Origin: Octopus sinensis
Taxonomy: Eukaryota
Direction: 5' to 3'
Length of the DNA stretch: 64,000 nucleotides
Assembly: GCF_006345805.1 (NCBI RefSeq)
Contig: NC_043005.1
Location: 92,070,001-92,134,000, forward strand
Each line of letters starts with the position of its first letter. The first letter of the stretch is position 1. The notes under the pieces were generated by a model. The model did no database searches. It had not been told where the DNA came from and worked only from the letters and a program-made list of their open reading frames with translations. The translations under genes and the position numbers were made by a program. Of this stretch, positions 12,961 to 23,905 are shown in pieces.

Positions 12961-13810
12961 ATTATTTGTTTGTTTAGTTTTAACTACTTATGTGGTCCAT
13001 CTCGATAGTAATGGTTTTGATCTAACATTTATTTAATTACGAGGATATAATTGTATTACCTTTGATCAATAATAAATTACCTATTATATATAGGGGTACA
13101 TATATATGATAATGGATAACCTTGGATTAATATTAAATAACCATCTTATATCAGTAAATGGATGGATAGGTATTAATGGAGAATTAAAATATGAATAGTT
13201 ACATATTTGGGTAACATTAAAATTGTATATCGATCTCTAAAATATCCACAATAATAAACTTAAACTAGAAGATAATATATGGTCAAATACAGAATATTCT
13301 GTTTTTATTACGGTATTTTGTACGACTTAACTTTTGCAACGAGTTTAATTGGAGAGGTGTAAAGGCTGATGTTAAGTTGATTGTATGGATTCGCATTATA
13401 GTAACGGTATATTTACACGGTGAATTTGATTTTTGTATCTTTCGTAAATTTCTTCCTATTTCTTTACCATAAATCTTGTCAAATGTGTAATGCATACTTT
13501 CTATTTCTTTCGAAAGGTTTGTCTGAATATTTTCCAACCTTTGCCAAATATATAGTCCTAACGTATAATACCCTTTTAGGCCATTTTTTATTTATTAGGA
13601 ATTAGCATAGTTTTCACTTTAAATGGTTTATAATATTATTTTTTTTAGTTATTAGTATGTATGTGTATGTATGTATATATGTGTATATGTGTATGTGGGT
13701 GTTTATAAGTATATGTATATGTGTATATATGTATGTATATGTGTATATGGATATGTACGTATGTACGTATGTATGATGTATGTATGTATGTATGTATGTA
13801 TGTATGTATG

Positions 13811-13841
<31 letters not shown>

Positions 13842-14638
13842 TTATGTACATATGCATGTCTATGTGTACGTGTGTATATGCGCATGTATGTATGTATGTA
13901 TGTGTATTTTAACCAACCAACCGTAACTAAGACAATGAAATTCAAATGTGTCAACCAATCGGATTTATCTTGAGATTGTAAATAACCTCCCCCCTACCCC
14001 CGTAAGATTTCAAACCACTGTAATACTATATTAATAACAACGTAAGCATAGCCCGTAACGACCTATCTCTTACCTCTTGATCTGTGAACTCTACGTATGT
14101 ACATGCATATATCTTTTGTATGATGTAAAAGGATAAAATCTCTTTATATATGTATATGTATTAGTGGATGCTTTTTGCGCATGTATGTATATGCATATGC
14201 ATGTTTTTGTTACCTGTGTGTATATATATGTATGCAGATTAAGACTGAAGTTTCGATTTTGACTGTATGATATATGAATATAATGGCACTATTTGTTACA
14301 TTATTTGTTGAATAAATGTATTTGCATCTTCCATAGCCATCTGTCTATATATTATGTTATACTATATTATATATGTAATATATTATACTATATTTTATGT
14401 GGTATTTTCCATCTACTATGTATTGTGAATAGCAGAATGTACATATTCCATTATTGGTATTATTAATAATAATAATAATATTAATAGTTTTGGTAATTTA
14501 ATATAATGAACTTTGGACTTTGTATATGTACCCATTGATGTGGATGTATATGTATACTCCAGTATATATATTTGATTATCTGTAACCTTATGTGTATCTA
14601 TATTATTATATATATACTTATATATATGCATACACACA

Positions 14639-14690
<52 letters not shown>

Positions 14691-14706
14691 TATATATATA
14701 TATGAA

Positions 14707-14938
14707 GGCGGCGAGCTGGCACAAACGTTAGCGCGCCGGACGAAATGCTTAGCGGTATTTCGTCTGCCGTTACGTTGTGAGTTCAAATTCCGCCGAGGTT
14801 GACTTTGCCTTTCATCCTTTTGGGGGTTGATAGATTAAGTACCAGTTACGCACTGGGGTCGATGTAATCGACTAAATACCTATATCTGTCCTTGTTTGTC
14901 CCCTCTATGTTTAGCCCCTTGTGGGTAGTAAAGAAATA
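14707..14938 (+). mobile_element. tRNA-derived SINE, family A
   Basis: GGCGGCGAGCTGGC head, B box GAGTTCAAATTCC, GACTTTGCCTTTCATCCTTT..GGGG central motif. Confidence 0.85.
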
Positions 14939-15204
14939 TATATATATATATATATATGGCGTTAGGAAGGGCATCCAGCCATAGAAACATTGCCAGATTT
15001 GACTGGGCCTGATGAAGCCTTCTGGCTTCACAGACCCCAGTAGAACCGTCCAACCCATGCTAGCATGGAAAACGGACGCTAAACGATGATGATGATGATG
15101 ATGATGATATATATATAAAGTTAATCCAAACAAGAAAGCAGAAAAAAAAACACAATGCGAGGACGTGGAACAAATATAGTATTATTGGACATATATATAT
15201 ATAT

Positions 15205-16410
15205 ATAATCAAAATCAAAACAAATCAAAATAGATGAACATCAATGGAATTTGTATCTTTGTGGTACCAGTGCCGGTGGCACACAAGAAAAATATCCGAA
15301 CGTGGCCGTAGCCAGTACCGCATCGACTGGCCTCCGTGCTGTGAGCACACAAGAAAACTATCCGAACGTGGCCGTAGCCAGTAACGCATCGACTGGCCTC
15401 CGTGCTGTGGGCACGTAACAAACACCATCCGATCGTTCGCCAGCCTCATCTGGCACCTGTGTCGGTGGCACATAAAAACACCATCCGAAGACCTGGCAAG
15501 ACTAGTCAGGCCATAACCCGTGGACCCTACCTGGGACGTGCATACCTTCCTTCTTGTGACACTTGTGAAGACCTGTTGAGGCAAGTGAAAATCAAATCAA
15601 AATAGATGAACATCAATGGAATTTGTATCTTTGTGGAACACAAGAAAACCATCCGAACGTGGCCGTAGCCAATACCGCATCGACTGGCCTCCGTGCTGTG
15701 GGCACGTAACAAACACCATCCGATCGTGGCCGTTCGCCAGTCTCATCTGGCACCTGTGTCGGTGGCACATAAAAACACCATCCGAAGACCCGGCAAGAAT
15801 AGTCAGGCCATAACCCGTGACCCCTACCTGGGACGTAGTCAGTCCACCTGTGCATACCTTCCTTCTTGTGACACTTGTGAAGACCTGTTGAGGCAAGTGA
15901 AAATCAAAATCAAAATCAAATCAAATTAAAACAAATCAAAATAGATGAACATCTTGTGAAGACCTGTTGAGGCAAGTGAAAATCAAAATCAAAATAGATG
16001 AACATCAATGGAATTTGTATCTTTGTGGTACCAGTGCCGGTGGCATACAAGAAAACCATCCGAACGTGGCCGTAGCCAGTGCTGCATCGACTGGCCTCCG
16101 TGCTGTGGGCACGTAACAAACACCATCCGATCGTGGCCGTTCACCAGCCTCATCTGGCACCTGTGTCGGTGGCACATAAAAACACCATCCGAGCGTGGCC
16201 GTCTGCCAGCCTCGTCTGGCACTGTGTCGGTGGCACATAAAATCACCCACTACACTCTCGGAGTGGTTGGCGTTAGGAAGGGCATCCAGCTGTAGAAACA
16301 CTGCCAGATCTGACTGGCCTGGTGCAGCCTTCGGGCTCCTCAGACCCCAGTTGAACCGTCCAACCCATGCTAGCATGGAAAGTGGACGTTAAATGATGAT
16401 GATGATGATG
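15205..16410 (+). mobile_element. Non-autonomous retroposon family C (internal repeats of about 55-60 bp; RTE-type 3' tail ending (GAT)n), 5' part triplicated
   Basis: Tail GGCGTTAGGAAGGGCATCCAGC...CCATGCTAGCATGGAAA..GGACGTTAAA(TGA)n; units start at 15231, 15603 and 15995. Confidence 0.75.
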
Positions 16411-16457
<47 letters not shown>

Positions 16458-16639
16458 CACTTTCATTATCCTCATTTTTATTGCTGTCATCATTTTATTA
16501 TTGTAGTCATTGTAATAATCATCATCTACATCATCATAATCATTATTATTATTATTATTATATATATATATTCTTGTGTATATGTATTTTGTTTCATATT
16601 TATATTTGCATGTTTATATTTTTATAATTGTACTTTATA

Positions 16640-16765
16640 ATCTCTGACGAGGCCTTGAGATATATATATAAGTAACTCATTTTTAAGTGCATATTACCTC
16701 AATACACATGACTAATATAGGCACAATGAGATACGATTATCTACAGGCTGAAACAGCTGTAAGAT
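16640..16765 (+). ncRNA. Type I hammerhead ribozyme motif (Penelope pLTR-type, minimal palindromic stem III)
   Basis: AUCU-CUGACGA-GGCCU...(about 90 nt)...AGGCU-GAAA-CAGCUG-UA|AGAU; predicted cleavage after 16761. Confidence 0.7.
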
Positions 16766-17018
16766 CCATTTTATATGTATTATTTTTATGGTATTGTCTT
16801 ACTTATTGATGTATATTGTTTTATTCTGTTTTATTCTGTTGGATTTGTATGTTTCTATTTAATCTAAATAATTAGTTAATAAATTATATGAATTGGTATT
16901 ATCTGGAAGTTGATGATTGAAAGGAATCTGTTCCTCCATTTTCTTATTTGTATGTATATATATGTATATATATATATATATATTACATATATATATATAT
17001 ATATATATAATATATATA

Positions 17019-17050
<32 letters not shown>

Positions 17051-17151
17051 CTTGCAAGTTTGTAAACGTAATGAACGATAAAAAGACAACAAAGGAGAAA
17101 TAAATTTTAACAAGGGTGATATTGGTTTAAAGCTTTCATGGAAATAAAAAG

Positions 17152-17189
17152 TATCTTAACGTTTCGGACGTTAGTAATTCATCAGAATG
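17152..17189 (-). ncRNA. Degenerate minimal hammerhead
   Basis: CAUU-CUGAUGA-AUUAC.UAAC.GUCC-GAAA-CGU-UA-AGAU; stem II 5' arm mismatched. Confidence 0.4.
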
Positions 17190-17822
17190 ACTAATGAAAC
17201 ATTGAAGGAGAAAAAGACATTATGAATAAAAGGGAGGAAAAAAGGACGAAGGTGGGGATGCGGTTCTATGGAAGGAGTTAAGTAAAAAAGAGTAACGTGG
17301 CATGTGCGCAGCTATAGGAGTCTGGGTTTATGTGTTTGTATGTAGGGGTAGGCATGTACGGAAGTATAATTGGTGTAGATTTACGAGAATATGAAGTCTC
17401 GATGTGTGTGTGTATGTGCATGTGTATGTGTGCGTGTGTGTGCAATTGCTGTGTGTGGTAAGAAAGCATCGATATGAGGGAGTGAGAGCGTGTGAGGAAA
17501 ACAGTTGTTGGTGAGGCAAATGGGGAGGCATGAGGAATGTGATAGATGTGAGTGAAACTCAAGGAGTACAAACATTCACGAAGAAATGTTTAAACTAAAA
17601 CGAGCAAAAGAGAAAATGTATGAGTTCTGTGAGGAGAAATTAAAATGCGTTTGTTTGGCAAGTACCTTGATCTGAGTTTACGTATCGAAACTAAAACATT
17701 TACAAGAAAGAAAAGGTTTTTAATCGTTTGAGTACACCTAAAAAGTATGTAGGGAATACGACCGTACGTAAGGAGTTGGTGACAAATGTCTCCTTTTGAA
17801 CGCCGCACAGTCACCCCTAACA

Positions 17823-18792
17823 AAATTAGAAGCCAAACACATGATATAAAGAATATGTGCCAAAGAAATAAATGAGGACGACAACCGTTCTACTGTTTGA
17901 GAGAAGAAGACTTTATTTACAATAGTGTACAACGAGAGTGTGTGTGAGTGCTAGCAAAGTGGAGTTTCTGTGTGCATGCGACAAGTGTTTGTGTCTGTGT
18001 GTTCGTGTGTGCGACAGAAGGTGTATGCGTATAAAACAGAATACAGAGCATAAGATGAGTCTCTCAGCATATTGAGTGAAGATGGAATTAGTTTACCAGT
18101 TCGTGAGATACACAATAGCAATAGTTCTGTAACAGGATGTTGGGGTCACAAGGCAGAATGCCGGTTGAACACATGTCGTGTAGCGGTTGTGGCTTCAATG
18201 CCGTGCCGGGTCTCTTGATAGAGGAAGTTCTTTCAGGTAGACTGGAGCTGTTTACCTCGGTTAAATATTCACAACAGTGTGGAGTTTAAACCTGAGCGAG
18301 TGCTGTGTACGTATTTGAAGTTGATGGTGGTGGAGACGTCCTACGCTGCTGGTGTATATTAGCGTTGTCATGGCTGGATCAGTAACATGGTTGGCTGACT
18401 GGTCGTCTGTCGCTAGAACTGGAACATGGCTGAGTCGCTAGGTGGTCAGAGGTTAGTCCTGAAAAGGACTGGCACCTAAGACCAGTGTTGCTGGAACATG
18501 GTTGAGTAGCTCTGCGGTCAGTGACTTAGAAGGTCTAGAGCCAAAGACGAATAATAGTCTGTCGATCTCGCCCTTTTAAAGGGTTTAGGTGACTTAAATG
18601 AAGCATCTTATCCGAAGGCCGTGATTGGTTGGCTTACACACTGGCGCGAAATAAGTCGAGAGACAAACTGCGCCAATGCCAACCAATCAGAGCAGTGGAC
18701 ACAACAGGGTCAAACTAGCCAAAGATGGTTGTTATCTCACACGGGATCATTTCTAATATCTCTCAAACACTGAGGATATCAGTTACGCTACA
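17823..18792 (-). mobile_element. Possible solo LTR-like sequence
   Basis: Minus strand starts TGTAGCG; CCAAT boxes, a TTTAAAAGG TATA-like box near 18572-18580 and AATAAA at 17912-17917 occur in LTR order; no TSD or ...CA end found. Confidence 0.35.
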
Positions 18793-19384
18793 AGTATTAC
18801 GTTTATTTCCATTTGTTTCTTAATAAATATGAAGTGTCAAAAAGATTTTTCGCGCTTCTAATGCTTGGTTAGTGATGCAATGTTTTTGTGTCTGCTAAAA
18901 CTTTATAAATTTCTTGAGTGATTTTTTTCCTTTATTTTCCCTCTTTTTATGCATTATACTTGTGGGCGTTTTGTTACTTTCAAATTCATAGCATTTTTTG
19001 CTTTCCTTTTCTTCTTAGACATAAATGAATTACTTCATAAGTTAAGCAGACAGATAAAAAAGATCATTAACTGTTCCAGTTCCTGAATAAAACTGTAAAT
19101 AATAAAACGAACAAAGAAACTAATAAAATGCATGAGAAAATCTACTTAAACTTGAATAATTTAGGCAGCAACTTATTTTCAACAGGTTTAATGGAATTGT
19201 GTTAATGACCAGGCCACATAAGTAGGAAAAAGTAAATGTTAATTTCTATGAATTCTAAAATGACTAAAAACTACTTTTCCATGCTGTAATTACTTCGATT
19301 TCAGCACACAGGTCTTAGATTGAGGGTCTTGCCAGAAGAGCCCAACATACGCTATAAAGTTTTTATTGATGTGCTGTTCAAATC

Positions 19385-19473
<89 letters not shown>

Positions 19474-19600
19474 TTAACTATTTTAATCAATTGTATCTTC
19501 TTTTTTAAACAAGAATATATTTAAGATATTTCGTATTTTACAAGATTATTTACGTATATTTATATATTTATCTAATTAATTATTTTATTGTTGTTATCTT

Positions 19601-19704
19601 TAACCTGAAGAGTGGCTATATTTATATTGAAGTGATTTTACTACTACTACTATTATTATTACTATTATCATTTCTTAAATATAGCCACGAAACACGTGTC
19701 GTTA
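19601..19704 (+). ncRNA. Type I hammerhead ribozyme motif
   Basis: UAAC-CUGAAGA-GUGGCUAUAUUUA...UAAAUAUAGCCAC (13 bp perfect stem II)-GAAA-CACGUG-UC|GUUA; predicted cleavage after 19700. Confidence 0.85.
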
Positions 19705-19880
19705 TTCTACCAAATATATACGTTTTATTTATTATTTTGCACATTATTTAATCATTGTTATATGTTTTATCTTATATTTAATCTTTCTATAATATATAAT
19801 ATTTCTAAATGGCATAATTTAATTTTTCCTTATTGAATTGATAAAAGGTGGGTTTTTTTCTAATTTATATATATATAGAT

Positions 19881-22800
19881 ATACGAAAGAAGGTTTTAAA
19901 TGGCAATTTAAAAAAATGTTTATTTACTTTACCGGTTTCACTCTTTGGAAAAAGATTGTCAAAAGTAACATATAAAAGTTTGGTTATGTTAATTATTGGT
20001 TGTTACAAAATGCTACAATACAGTCTTTGGTAACAAGAACATGTTAAGGACATAAAAAAGTTTAACAAGTTCCTTAAAATATTGGGCACAAAAGATTACA
20101 ACATAAATATACATTCTCAAGAAAATGTTAAAGATAGTTTCCAGAAGGAATTATTAAAAAGTTCAGTGGAATATTGGTATTGTATCTGTATATTCATACA
20201 CGCATAGAATATCGGTTGTCACAAAATACTACAATACATATATATACATTCTTTGGTGACAAGAGCATGTTAAGAACATAAAAAAGTTTAACAAATTCAT
20301 TAAAATATTGGGCACAAAAGATTACAACAAATATATACATTCTCAAGAAAATGTTAAATATAGTTTCCAGAAGGAATTATTAAAAAGTTCAGTGGAATAT
20401 TGGTATACAAGCACAGAATATTATGAGTTCAAAAAAGTTTACATTATAGTAGTAGGGAAGCTCAAACTGACCTGTCCACCATGTTAATTAATGTAAAAGA
20501 CTATTATCTATTTCAAGGGGCACTGTAGGCGTGTTTGGGTGGAGGGAAGGAAGAGTAATGTGGAACTGAAAAGAATTTCACCTTTTTGTCTCTCCTTCAC
20601 GCATCAATGATTTGGGGGATTGGTCTTTAAAGGTCAGAATGGTTCCAGTGTGTGTCTCTTTGTGTGTGTGTGTATATACATATGTGGTGTGAATAGATGT
20701 GTCTGTGTGTTTGTAAAATCTGGTAGGATGGTGTGTGTATATGTGTGCCTGTTTGTCAACCGTGTGTGTGATTGTCTTGTGTGTGAGTGTGTGTGTATGT
20801 GCATGATTGGCATTTGTCATGGTGCTGTGTGTGTGTATATGTGTGTCTGTATGGAGGTCAGAATGGTGTGAGTGTGTGTCTTTGTGTGAGTGTATATATG
20901 TATACATGTGTTTGTGTGTGTGGGGGGGCTGTTTTTGATTGTTCCCAGGGTCCATTGTGGTGTAAATAGATGTGTGTGTGTTTTAGAAATTTGGTAGGAT
21001 GGTGTGTGTATAGTGTTGTGTGTGTGTGTGTCTGTATGTATGTGTGTGATTGGCGTTTGTCATGGTGCTGTGTGTGTGCATGTGTGTGTGTATGGAGGTC
21101 AGAATGGTGTAAGTGTGTGTGTCTTTGTGTGAGTGTATATATGTATACATGTGTTTGTGTGTATGCGTGGCTGTTGTTTTACACAACACAAACCCACCGA
21201 CCACCGTCAAAAAGTGTGGTCGTTCCAACTGCAGGACTTGCATCCACCTCATTGAGGGATCAACGTATAAGTTCCAGTCAGGACACACCTTTATCATAAA
21301 AATAATTTCACCTGCGCATCAAAAAATTTACTCTATGTCATAAGTGTGAAGGGTGCCACGAAGACTACATAGGGCAAGCGAGCCTTACCCTCAGAGAAAG
21401 GATGACAGTTCACCGCCAACAATTGAGGGACTCCACCACAAGACAGATACCACTTAGTGGATACTTAGACCTCTGTGCACACAATAAGTCTCCCAAATTC
21501 TTAGTTTCCCCACTATACCAATGCCCGGACAACACCACAGACCAAACACGAATAAATAGGGAAAATAATCTTATTCAAAAATACAGACCACAACTAAACA
21601 TACTCTAACATACATCCAAAACAAACACACAAAGACACACACACTCGCACCATAAATTACGCACACACACAAACACATACTCAATACCAACACACACAAA
21701 ACGCATAAACACACATACGCCACCCAGACAAACCCAACGCACATGGACACACATATGAACAAACCCATACACATACTAGCGCACACGCAACACACTAACA
21801 AACATTAACCACACGCACACACAAACGGGCACACATATACACACACATTCCTACCAAATCTTAAAAACACACATATACACACATGCACACACACAGTACC
21901 ATGACAAGTGCCAATCACACACATACATACACACACACAACACCAAGACAATCACACACACAGACACATGTATATATATACACACACACTCACACCATTC
22001 TGACCTCCATACAGATACACACTTACACACACACAGCACCATGACAAATGCCAATCACATACATACAGACACACACAACACTATACACACACCATCCTAC
22101 CAAATTTTAAAAACACACATCTATTTACACCACAATGGACCCTGGGACCAATCAAAAACAGCCCCCCCATACACACAAACACATGTATACATATATACAC
22201 TCACACAAAGACACACACTCACACCATTCTGACCTCCATACAGACACACATATACACACACACAGCACCATGACAAATGCCAATCATGCACATACACACA
22301 CACTCACACACACGGTTGAGAAACGGGCACACATATACACACACCATCCTACCAGATTTTACAAACACACAGACACATCTATTCACACCACATATGTATA
22401 TACACACACACACAAAGAGACACACACTGGAACCATTCTGACCTTTAAAGACCAATCCCCCAAATCATTGATGCGTGAAGGAGAGACAAAAAGGTGAAAT
22501 TCTTTTCAGTTCCACATTACTCTTCCTTCCCTCCACCCAAACACGCCTACAGTGCCCCTTGAAATAGATAATAGTCTTTTACATTAATTAACATGGTGGA
22601 CAGGTCAGTTTGAGCTTCCCTACTACTATAATGTAAACTTTTTTGAACTCATAATATTCTGTGCTTGTATACCAATATTCCACTGAACTTTTTAATAATT
22701 CCTTCTGGAAACTATATTTAACATTTTCTTGAGAATGTATATATTTGTTGTAATCTTTTGTGCCCAATATTTTAATGAATTTGTTAAACTTTTTTATGTT

Positions 22801-23194
22801 CTTAACATGCTCTTGTCACCAAAGAATGTATATATATGTATTGTAGTATTTTGTGACAACCAATATTCTATGCGTGTATGAATATACAGATACAATACCA
22901 ATATTCCACTGAACTTTTTAATAATTCCTTCTGGAAACTATCTTTAACATTTTCTTGAGAATGTATATTTATGTTGTAATCTTTTGTGCCCAATATTTTA
23001 AGGAACTTGTTAAACTTTTTTATGTCCTTAACATGTTCTTGTTACCAAAGACTGTATTGTAGCATTTTGTAACAACCAATAATTAACATAACCAAACTTT
23101 TATATGTTACTTTTGACAATCTTTTTCCAAAGAGTGAAACGGGTAAAGTAAATAAACATCTTTTAAAATTGCCATTTCAAACCTTCTTTCGTAT
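19881..23194. repeat. About 1.25-kb inverted repeat pair (19881-21160 / 21960-23194) enclosing the Neptune-type GIY-YIG fragment
   Basis: ORF-track translations 20578-20955(-) and 22135-22497(+) are nearly identical; termini ATACGAAAGAAGG / CCTTCTTTCGTAT. Confidence 0.9.
21185..21608 (+). pseudogene. Penelope-like (Neptune-type) Zn-finger plus GIY-YIG fragment, frameshifted
   Basis: KKCGRSNCRTC...FTCASKNLLYVI.CEGCHEDYIGQASLTLRERMTVHRQQ...RENNLIQKYRPQLN across shifted frames. Confidence 0.8.
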
Positions 23195-23232
23195 GTAATT
23201 CTACTTGTGCGGTAACCTACAACTCCACTTTG

Positions 23233-23275
<43 letters not shown>

Positions 23276-23404
23276 GAATATGCCTCTGCAATACTATATT
23301 CTATCAGTGATAATACAGTCACTCTCTGCATTTAATTTCAAGATGGTGGACCACAAAGAAGTCAAATCATCTATGGGTTTGACTATGCTCACTGAAACTT
23401 TAGC

Positions 23405-23905
23405 AAATTGAAGGATTTATTGCATCCATGAGAGGGGAGTATAGTCAAAGGTTTTCTTGTCGTCTAACCACGTTGAAACTAGGTTCCTTCTATGCTCCCA
23501 CATTTCTAACATTACTGTTTTGTTTATTAACAATTGCTCAGCACATCCCCAGACTCCATTCTTCCCAGATGCTTGTTCTTCTGTGATGTTATTGCTTTCA
23601 CTATGGTCTTGGGGGAAATTTTGCGCATTAAGTTCTGGCATGCAATTGGCCGGTAGTTTTTTTGCTATGTGGATGGTTCTGCATTTGGAGATCAGTTTTG
23701 TCTCTGCCAGAGAAACCCAGTGTGGTAATCTACTATTTACATTGAGAGTTTACTGGTACAGGTTGATAAGATATGATCGGTAGAAGGTTAGCTTCTTGTA
23801 CCAATATCCAACAGTCAAATCTTTTCCATGTGCTTTTCCACTTTTCCATCCTGAAGTTTCTGAATCAGTTACAAGGGTATCACCATCAATGCTGGGTGTA
23901 ATGCA
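23405..23905 (-). mobile_element. R4/Dong-like RT fragment, degraded
   Basis: EEQASGKNGVWGCAEQLLINKTVM...RRNLVSTWLDDKKTFD. Confidence 0.6.

Larger units (their letters stand above)
8528..16955 (+). mobile_element. Penelope-like (Naiad-type GIY-YIG) cassette flanked by inverted pseudo-LTRs, interrupted by later SINEs
   Basis: 8528-8970 is the reverse complement of about 16560-16955, and about 8990-9270 of about 14370-14625; internal GIY-YIG ORF; hammerhead in the repeat. Confidence 0.75.

Noticed and set aside
15009-15035. CTGATGA-AGCC-TTCT-GGCT stem-loop
   Set aside because: No GAAA follows; it is a mutated version of CTGGTGCAGCC in the family C tail.
15540-15600. Possible HDV-like ribozyme or C/D box in family C (GTGAAGACCTGTTGAGGCAAG hairpin)
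   Set aside because: I could not build the nested double pseudoknot or a proper box C/D pair by eye.
15205-16410. Regularly repeated units of about 60 bp superficially like a CRISPR array
   Set aside because: Eukaryotic context, variable repeats, no unique spacers and no cas genes; these are internal repeats of a retroposon.
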